A DNA stretch of 64,000 nucleotides, from the NCBI GenBank assembly GCA_037142615.1, contig JBAXAI010000002.1:96001-160000 (forward strand). Reading direction: 5' to 3'. The notes under the pieces were generated by a model. It ran no database searches and was not told where the DNA came from. It saw only the letters and a list, made by a program, of their open reading frames with translations. The number at the start of each line of letters is the position of its first letter. Position 1 is the first letter of the stretch. A program made the position numbers and the translations under genes. Below are positions 57,368 through 64,000 of the stretch, piece by piece. Source of the DNA: Spirochaetales bacterium. GTDB lineage: Bacteria > Spirochaetota > Spirochaetia > JABEVK01.

Positions 57368-57558
57368 TGGCAGAAAAGAAGAAGTTCCTGCTGCGGCTCG
57401 ATCCGGCCCTCTACGCCGCACTCGAAACCTGGTCGGCCAACGAACTGCGGAGCGTCAACGCCCAGATTGAGTTCCTGCTGGTCGAGGCCGCGAAAAAGAC
57501 CGGCCGCCTGCGCAAGTCCGCTTCAGGCGAAGGGCTAGAGGATGGTGGCGCCGAGTAG
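57367..57558 (+). CDS. Arc/ribbon-helix-helix DNA-binding protein
   Basis: KKFLLRLDPALYAALETWSANELRSVNAQIEFLL. TGATG coupling to the SPFH gene. Confidence 0.85.
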   Translation: MAEKKKFLLRLDPALYAALETWSANELRSVNAQIEFLLVEAAKKTGRLRKSASGEGLEDGGAE

Positions 57559-58443
57559 GCTGCAGAGCATCTCGACGGCCACCAGAGCCGTCTGGTTGCG
57601 CACGTCGAGGATGGGGTTCACTTCGACCACCTCGGCGCTCGTGACCCGGCCGTCGGCGGCCAGCAGTTCCATCAGCAGGTGGAGCTCCCGGTAGGTGAGG
57701 CCTCCCTTGACGGGGGTACCCACCCCGGGGGCTACCTCGGGGTCCAGGCTATCGACGTCGAAGCTCACGTGCAGGGCGTCGACCCGCGGACTCAAATGGG
57801 CGAGCGCCTCGCGGGCCACGGCGGCCACCCCCAACTGATCCACGTCGGCCATGGTGAAGGTTTTGACCCCGGCCTCGCGCAGGTTTCGTTTTTCGCCGAC
57901 ATCCACGTCGCGTAACCCGATGATCACGATGTTCGCGGGGTCGATCTTGCGCCAGTTGCCGGCCAGCGCTGTGAGCTCGGGTTCGCCCAGCCCGGCCGAC
58001 GCGGCCAGGCTCATGCCGTGGATGTTTCCCGACGGCGTGGTGACCTTGGTGTTGAAGTCCCCGTGGGCGTCGATCCAGATCACCCCTGCGGTCTTGCCCG
58101 CCTCTCGGCAATAGTTGCCATACCCCGCCAAAGTGCCGACGGCGATCGAGTGGTCTCCGCCCATCACCAGAGGGAATCGACCGGCCGCGAGCGACTCCTG
58201 AACCAGTCCCGCCAGTTGTTCGCAGCCGGCGGCGATAGGAAGCAGGAACTTCATCCGCGGGTCGCCTTCCTCGGTGTGTTCCTGGATGGGCACTCTCACG
58301 GCCCGTTTTTCTTCCTCGACCTCGTGGCCGAGTTTCTGGATCGCCTTCTTGAGGCCGGCCTGCCGGAGGGCCGAAGGACCCATGTCCACTCCCCGGCGGT
58401 TTGCCCCAAAATCCATGGGAACTTCGATCAAGCGGATACGCAT
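57535..58443 (-). CDS. rocF: Arginase
   Basis: GGDHS, WIDAHGDFNT, PSGNIHGM and SFDVDSLDP motifs. Confidence 0.95.
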   Translation of the reverse strand: MRIRLIEVPMDFGANRRGVDMGPSALRQAGLKKAIQKLGHEVEEEKRAVRVPIQEHTEEGDPRMKFLLPIAAGCEQLAGLVQESLAAGRFPLVMGGDHSIAVGTLAGYGNYCREAGKTAGVIWIDAHGDFNTKVTTPSGNIHGMSLAASAGLGEPELTALAGNWRKIDPANIVIIGLRDVDVGEKRNLREAGVKTFTMADVDQLGVAAVAREALAHLSPRVDALHVSFDVDSLDPEVAPGVGTPVKGGLTYRELHLLMELLAADGRVTSAEVVEVNPILDVRNQTALVAVEMLCSLLGATIL

Positions 58444-58522
58444 GTCGCCCAGCGTAGTCAATTCGTCCCGGTGGGGCAAGTCAGGCAAGGAAAATCCCAC
58501 CGACTTGTAGTACAGTGGAGGC

Positions 58523-61429
58523 ATGAAAGGTAGGTTTCTCGTTCTCCTGCTGGTATTCACGGGGGCGTGCGCAGTTGAGTCTGTTGGTTGGGAAACCCTT
58601 GGGGTGCATCAGGGGCTGGCCAGTTCGTCGGTCACCGCCGTGACCCAGGACGACGACGGCTTTCTATGGTTTGCCACCCAGAACGGTCTCAACCGGTGGG
58701 ACGGCTACCACATGAACGTGTGGCAGAACGATCCTTTTGTCGAAAACACGCTGGCCAACAACCTGGTCCAGACGATGACCGCTGACGGTGGCGTCTTGTG
58801 GCTGGGCACCTACGGCGGGCTGGACCGTTTTGACCGGCAGACCGGCGCGTTCCGCCACTTCCGGCATTCCGACGCGGATCCGACCAGCTTGCCCGACGAC
58901 GTGGTTCTCTCGATCCTGCGGGATTCCCGGCAAAGGCTCTGGGTGGCCACCCTTGGTGGCTTGGCCTTGCTCGACGAAAAGGAGGGTACCTTCCGGCGCT
59001 TTCCCAGCGTCTCCTCGGTCCCGACAACCCTTTCGGCGGCCACAGTTCGGTCGCTGGCTGAGGACCGCCGTGGACGCCTGTGGGTAGGAACAGCCGGTGG
59101 ACTGGATCGCCTTTCCGACGACGGGAAGTCGGTCGAGCGGTTTGGCCAGCTTTTCCCGGGCCATTCGATACCCCTGGGAGCCGTGATGGGCCTGCTGGCC
59201 GATACCGACAGCGATACGCTGTGGCTGGGTGTGTGGGGCCAGGGCTTGGTTCGCCTGGATCTCCAGACCGGTGAGTCGTCGCTGGTTTCCCTTTCTGATA
59301 ACCGGGTTTTTCACCTCAGCCGTGGCCTGGGCGATGAGATTCTCGTTGCCACTTGGGGCGGAGGGCTGGTGTCGTTTGAGCCCGCCACGGCGGCGCAAAC
59401 CGTGTTCCGCCACCAGGCCAGCGAGCCCGAAAGTCTGGCTCATGACGTCGTCTATGGGGCTTTTTTCGATCGGGGTGGCCTGCTTTGGGTGCCCACCAAC
59501 GGGGGCGGGGTCAGCTTCCGCAACCCACAGCGGCCCATTCTCCCCACCTTCGCCACCGATTCCAAGGTGACCGTGCTTTTTCAGGATTCTGCGAAGCGCC
59601 TCTGGGTTGGCCTTTACAACCGGGGAGTCGTGCCGTTCGACCCCCAGAAGGGTCTGGGTACCCCCGTGAGCACCGACATTGTGAATGCTGTCGCCGAAGA
59701 CCGCCAAGGGCTGCAATGGTGGGCTACCAACAACGGGTTGGTCCGCTTTGACCCCCGCAGCCGGTCGCTCAAGCGCTACTCCACGGCCGACGGTCTGCCC
59801 GAAGAGATCCTCACCAGCCTCCGCCTCGACGCGGACGGCAGCTTCTGGATCGGCACCTTCCGCAATGGTCTGCTCCACCGGCCTGCCTTTGGCGCCGACG
59901 GGCCAGTCGAGACTCTGGTCCCCGGCAGTCTGGTCAACTACAGTCTGGTCGACCGCAGCGGTCACCTTTGGGTCGGCACCAACGACGGTGTGGTGAGGGT
60001 CAAGGCCGGCGTCGCCCGGAGTTGGGTCCATGACTCGACCAACCGAGCTTCGTTGGCCGGAAACTCCGTTCGCGTGCAGCTGCAAGACTCCTCGGGACGC
60101 CTCTGGTTTGGCACCAACGGTGGCCTGTCACTTTTCGACGACAAAACCGAGACCTTCACGACCTTCGGCCGGGCCGAAGGCCTGGAAAACCTGACCATTG
60201 TGGGAATCCAGCAGGACAACGCGGGTGACCTTTGGGTATCAACGGTCGATGGGCTCTACCGTCTGCGCTTGGCGGACCGGCAGTTTTCCCGGTTCGACGC
60301 CTCCGAAGGTCCTCTCGGCTCCGAGTTCTACCGAGGTGCCGAAAGTCTGCCCGGCGGAACCCTGGCCTTTGGAGGAGTAGGCTTCCTCACCGTCTTTTCA
60401 CCCGCGCTCCTGGGTCCACCACTTCCGTCCACGCCCGTCACCGTCACCGGAATCACCATCGTCAACCACGAACGTCCGGTCACCGAAACGGTGAACCTCG
60501 CTTGGAACGAAAACGATCTGTCCTTCTCCTTCTCGCTGATGGAGTTTTCCAGGCCCAACCACCATCGCTATCAGTACCGGCTCGAGGGCCATGACAAGAC
60601 TTGGATCGACGCCGGCAACCGCCACGAGGCGATCTACTCCGACTTGCCCGCCGGGAAGTATCTGTTTCGGGTCAAGGCCAATAGTGGAGGCACCGACTGG
60701 ATCGAGACGGCAAAACCCGTCCGACTCCGGGTCGAAGTGGCTCCCTGGAATACTTGGTACGCTTGGCTGGGCTATGTCGCAATTCTGCTGTCGGCGCTGG
60801 TTTTGTCGGGCAAAATCTACTCCGACCGGCGCTGGAAGCACAAAGCGTTCGAGCTGGAAAATCTCAAGAGCCAACTGCTTGACGTGAACCGTCAGCTCGA
60901 CCAGTTGTCGCGCCTCGACGGGCTGACCAACATTCCCAACCGGAGGGCCCTCGACGCCTGGCTCGACAACGAGTGGGCTCTCGCCCAGCGGCAAAAGCAG
61001 ACGGTGGCGCTGATCATGCTCGATATCGACTACTTCAAACGCTACAACGACAACAAGGGTCATCTCGCCGGCGATGCCTGCTTGCGAAGCGTCGCGAAGA
61101 TTCTGGCCGACAGCCTCCACCGCACCACCGACTTCTGTGCCCGCTATGGGGGCGAGGAGTTTGTCGTGATTCTGCACGACACCGAACTCGATGGGGGAGT
61201 GATCGTTGCCCAGCGCCTGCTCGACGCGGTCGATGAACTTCGGGTGCCGCACGAAACTTCGGTGGAGTCCTGGGTTACCGTCAGTTTAGGGGTGGCGGCG
61301 ATGCGGCCTTCCTCGGATTCGCTTCCTCAGGACCTGCTCCAAGCCGCCGACAAGGCCCTGTACGAGGCCAAAGCCCAGGGCCGCCACCGAGTTTGCTTGG
61401 CTTGGAGCCCACCGTCTCCTAGCTCTTGA
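58523..61429 (+). CDS. Diguanylate cyclase with a periplasmic beta-propeller (Reg_prop) and Y_Y_Y sensor region
   Basis: Signal peptide, repeated D..G.LW.GT..GL, YQYRLEG..Y.DLPAGKY.F.V, a TM, then GGEEF with an RxxD I-site (RTTD). Confidence 0.92.
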   Translation: MKGRFLVLLLVFTGACAVESVGWETLGVHQGLASSSVTAVTQDDDGFLWFATQNGLNRWDGYHMNVWQNDPFVENTLANNLVQTMTADGGVLWLGTYGGLDRFDRQTGAFRHFRHSDADPTSLPDDVVLSILRDSRQRLWVATLGGLALLDEKEGTFRRFPSVSSVPTTLSAATVRSLAEDRRGRLWVGTAGGLDRLSDDGKSVERFGQLFPGHSIPLGAVMGLLADTDSDTLWLGVWGQGLVRLDLQTGESSLVSLSDNRVFHLSRGLGDEILVATWGGGLVSFEPATAAQTVFRHQASEPESLAHDVVYGAFFDRGGLLWVPTNGGGVSFRNPQRPILPTFATDSKVTVLFQDSAKRLWVGLYNRGVVPFDPQKGLGTPVSTDIVNAVAEDRQGLQWWATNNGLVRFDPRSRSLKRYSTADGLPEEILTSLRLDADGSFWIGTFRNGLLHRPAFGADGPVETLVPGSLVNYSLVDRSGHLWVGTNDGVVRVKAGVARSWVHDSTNRASLAGNSVRVQLQDSSGRLWFGTNGGLSLFDDKTETFTTFGRAEGLENLTIVGIQQDNAGDLWVSTVDGLYRLRLADRQFSRFDASEGPLGSEFYRGAESLPGGTLAFGGVGFLTVFSPALLGPPLPSTPVTVTGITIVNHERPVTETVNLAWNENDLSFSFSLMEFSRPNHHRYQYRLEGHDKTWIDAGNRHEAIYSDLPAGKYLFRVKANSGGTDWIETAKPVRLRVEVAPWNTWYAWLGYVAILLSALVLSGKIYSDRRWKHKAFELENLKSQLLDVNRQLDQLSRLDGLTNIPNRRALDAWLDNEWALAQRQKQTVALIMLDIDYFKRYNDNKGHLAGDACLRSVAKILADSLHRTTDFCARYGGEEFVVILHDTELDGGVIVAQRLLDAVDELRVPHETSVESWVTVSLGVAAMRPSSDSLPQDLLQAADKALYEAKAQGRHRVCLAWSPPSPSS

Positions 61430-62765
61430 TTCCGGGAACCGGGCCGAGGTTCAGCGAGAAGATCCGGCTCTTGCGGGCGTGGTTGTAGGTGGCACGCTTC
61501 TTTTCGGGCAGCGATTCCAGGGGCGCCTCGACGAAGCCTAACTGCTCGAACCAGTCCACGGTGCGCGTGGTGAGCACGAACACCCGTGCCCAACCTGCGC
61601 GTCGGGCCTTGTCGACCAGGAACGACAGAATCTTGCGCCCCATGCTCAGGTGAGCGTAGTTGGGGTTGGTCGCGATGGCCGCCACCTCGCCCTGGTTGCC
61701 CTCGTAGGCGTGCAGGGCCCCGCAAGCGTGCACGACCCCGTCGATCTCGTACACCACGTAGTCGGCCTGTTGGCCCAAAAGCTCTTCTTCGCTGCGGCGG
61801 ATGAGAATTCCTTCCTCCATAAGAGGTTGCATCAGCCGTAGCACATCGCTGATGTCGGTGGCACGCATCGGGCGGATCGACTCGTAGTCGTTGCCGTACA
61901 CCATGGTTCCGATGCCCAGGTTGCTGAAAATCTCGCGCAAAATGGCCCCTTCGAGGCGGCCGTCGACCACATGGGCGCGTTCGGTGCCCTGGCGGCAAGC
62001 CCGCAGCGCCAGCTCGAGGTACTTCAAGTCGGGGTCGCTGCTCCCGGCGTTCAGGTCGAGCACCGTTTGCGCTTCTTCCAAACTCAGGCGCGCCACCCGG
62101 CCGTCGCTGTTCTTCACCAGACCGTCGGGCAGTTTGAACCGCGTGTCCATAAAACCATCGCTATCGTTGACGAAAAACAGCTTCTCGGCCTGCAGCGCCT
62201 CGGCCACCGCCAACGCGATCTCGTCGCTCGACAGGTTGTACGGCTTGCCGGCCGCGTTCCAGCCAATGCACGGAAAAATCGGAATCATGCCCTGGTCGAG
62301 CACCTTTTGCAGCGGCTCGGTGAGGATTTTCTCGACACGGCCCGTGTGTTCGAAGTCGTGACCATCGACCACGCCTAAACCCCTGGCACGGATGAAGTTA
62401 CCGATCACCGCGTTGGCCTGGAAGGCCGTCAGCAGCGTCATCAGCCGGTTGGCCACGTCGAAGGCCGCCATGCGGATGAAGGGGATGGCCTCGGCCGTCG
62501 CGACCCTCTTGCCCTCGTGATAGTCGGTGACGATGTCGTATTCCTTGAGCACCGAGTCAATCCACTGCTTGGCGCCGGGCACCAAGATGATCTCGATGCC
62601 CGTGGCGCGCAGCATCGCGAGGTCTTTCATGAACTGTGGAAAGTGCGGCTCCTGCAAAATCGGCTCGTCGATCTTGAGCACGATGGTTTTGCCGTCGAAC
62701 CGGCTCTGGTAGTAAAAAACCTCACGGATCAGGTCGACTTGCTCGCGGTGCTTGATTTCATCCAT
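61419..62765 (-). CDS. argA: Amino-acid N-acetyltransferase (N-acetylglutamate synthase)
   Basis: Amino-acid-kinase-like N-domain (EIFSNLGIGTMV) plus a GNAT C-domain (VFVLTTRTVDWF..GF, YNHARKSRI). Confidence 0.93.
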   Translation of the reverse strand: MDEIKHREQVDLIREVFYYQSRFDGKTIVLKIDEPILQEPHFPQFMKDLAMLRATGIEIILVPGAKQWIDSVLKEYDIVTDYHEGKRVATAEAIPFIRMAAFDVANRLMTLLTAFQANAVIGNFIRARGLGVVDGHDFEHTGRVEKILTEPLQKVLDQGMIPIFPCIGWNAAGKPYNLSSDEIALAVAEALQAEKLFFVNDSDGFMDTRFKLPDGLVKNSDGRVARLSLEEAQTVLDLNAGSSDPDLKYLELALRACRQGTERAHVVDGRLEGAILREIFSNLGIGTMVYGNDYESIRPMRATDISDVLRLMQPLMEEGILIRRSEEELLGQQADYVVYEIDGVVHACGALHAYEGNQGEVAAIATNPNYAHLSMGRKILSFLVDKARRAGWARVFVLTTRTVDWFEQLGFVEAPLESLPEKKRATYNHARKSRIFSLNLGPVPGIKS

Positions 62766-62931
62766 GCCGCATTGTAGCGCGACCGACCAGCTTGGCAAAG
62801 GTGCCAAGCTGTTCGGTCGGCCTCCTCCGGGGTTCCGGGGACAGTTTTGGCTTGGCCAAAACTGTGGGCGTAAGGCGGCCCTCAGGCCGACGTCGCCATC
62901 GCCTCGCGCAACTTCAATGCCAGATCAACAA

Positions 62932-62960
62932 ATGACACCCTATTCGAAACGTTGTATAAT
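62932..62960 (+). promoter_or_regulatory. Putative sigma70 promoter
   Basis: ATGACA, 17 nt, TATAAT, upstream of ATG 62990. Confidence 0.6.
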
Positions 62961-62989
62961 CCTCAGCAATTCGCGATTGGGGGAGTTCT

Positions 62990-64000
62990 ATGGGCAGAGT
63001 TCGAGCGAGCGGTGTGTTCTTGGCGGCCCTTTGGGGAATCGTTCTTGCGGGAGTGGGGTCAGACCTCGCCGCGCAGACGGCTCCAACCATTGAAAGCATC
63101 CGTGGGGTGGCCCTTGTGGTGGGCAATGCCAACTACGCCAATGTGCCGGTGCTGACCAACCCCGTGAACGACGCCACCGACATGGCGACAGCCCTCAAAG
63201 ACCTCGGCTGGGACGTCATCCTGGTCAAAGACGCCAAACTGACAGGCATGAAGCAGGCCGTCCGCGACTTCAGCGCCAAGCTGGCTGGCAAAAAGGCTGG
63301 GCTCTTCTACTACGCCGGACACGGAATTCAAGTCGATGGAACGAATTACCTGGTCCCTACCGACGCCGACATTGGCACCAAGGCTGAAATTCCCGACGTC
63401 ACGTACTCGGCCGACACGGTGCTGCGCACCATGGACGACAGCCGTGTCCCCGTCAAAATCGTCATCCTCGATGCTTGTCGGGACAATCCGTTTGCGAAAT
63501 CCCGCTCCGCCACGGGCGGCACCCGAGGTCTGGCACCAATTCCCAGTACCGGCGGAACCGTCGTGGTCTACGCTACAAGCCCGGGGGACGTGAGCCAGGA
63601 CGGCACCGGCCGCAACGGTGTGTTCACCTCGGCGCTGCTCAAAAACCTCAAAACCCCCGGCGTCGAGTTCGGCGAGATTTTCGACCTGACGGCGCAGGCG
63701 GTCAGCTTGGCCACCGGCGGCGCGCAAAAGCCTCGCCTCGACAAGGGCTACTACGGCAAACTCTACCTGATATCGCCCGACGAGGCGCAAAAACAGGCCG
63801 AGACCCGGTTGGCAGCACTCAAGGCCGAGCAAGACAAGCTCACCGCCGACATGGCCGCCCGCGACACCGCCATCGCCGGGGCCAAAACCCAGGCCGAAAA
63901 AGACAAACTGCAGCTGGCCCAGCAAAAGGCACAGGCCCTCGCGGCGGCCCAGAAGCAGGAACAGGCCGACCTGGAACGCGCCGAAGCCTTGGCCGAGAAT
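62990..64000 (+). CDS. Exported caspase-like (peptidase C14) protein with a coiled coil, 3'-truncated by the window edge (absent from the ORF track)
   Basis: Manually translated: MGRVRASGVFLAALWG.., ALVVGNANY..NPVNDATDMA, FYYAGHGIQVDG and ILDACRDNPF. GGGAG RBS. Confidence 0.88.
   Translation, partial: MGRVRASGVFLAALWGIVLAGVGSDLAAQTAPTIESIRGVALVVGNANYANVPVLTNPVNDATDMATALKDLGWDVILVKDAKLTGMKQAVRDFSAKLAGKKAGLFYYAGHGIQVDGTNYLVPTDADIGTKAEIPDVTYSADTVLRTMDDSRVPVKIVILDACRDNPFAKSRSATGGTRGLAPIPSTGGTVVVYATSPGDVSQDGTGRNGVFTSALLKNLKTPGVEFGEIFDLTAQAVSLATGGAQKPRLDKGYYGKLYLISPDEAQKQAETRLAALKAEQDKLTADMAARDTAIAGAKTQAEKDKLQLAQQKAQALAAAQKQEQADLERAEALAEN

Noticed and set aside
45192-58560. Extended N-termini in the ORF track for lon, MFS, recO, pdp, M23, M16 and arginase
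   Set aside because: They overlap neighbouring genes; downstream starts have RBS, stop-start coupling or leaderless promoter support.

Overview
High-GC bacterial chromosome segment, most likely from a spirochaete. This is inferred from the rpsU and RecJ sequence style, tRNA-Ala(CGC) and exported caspase-domain proteins. The left ~29.4 kb is accessory and holds two divergent operons. (A) A minus-strand six-gene operon at 3166-18072: membrane-anchored vWA protein; intact 1174-aa tubulin/FtsZ-like GTPase; a second, degenerate tubulin-like protein with inserted ankyrin repeats and a TM hairpin; a polytopic membrane protein fused to a catalytically dead SF2 helicase; a multi-CxxC zinc-finger protein; and a third, degenerate tubulin-like protein. 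(B) A plus-strand operon at 18196-29431: exported caspase-like protease, AAA+ ATPase, and two tandem DUF4062-STAND(NACHT-like) NTPases carrying TPR and WD40 sensors respectively. tRNA-Ala(CGC) follows. The right part is mostly housekeeping (satP, lon, recO, pdp, recJ, rpsU, M16 and M23 peptidases, arginase, argA, a diguanylate cyclase). It also contains a third uncharacterised six-gene operon at 35139-42113 (SPFH-zinc ribbon, membrane and helical paralogs, beta-helix protein). Several core genes appear to be transcribed as leaderless mRNAs. I found no CRISPR array, integrase, transposase or rRNA. All domain calls come from reading motifs by eye; no database search was run.
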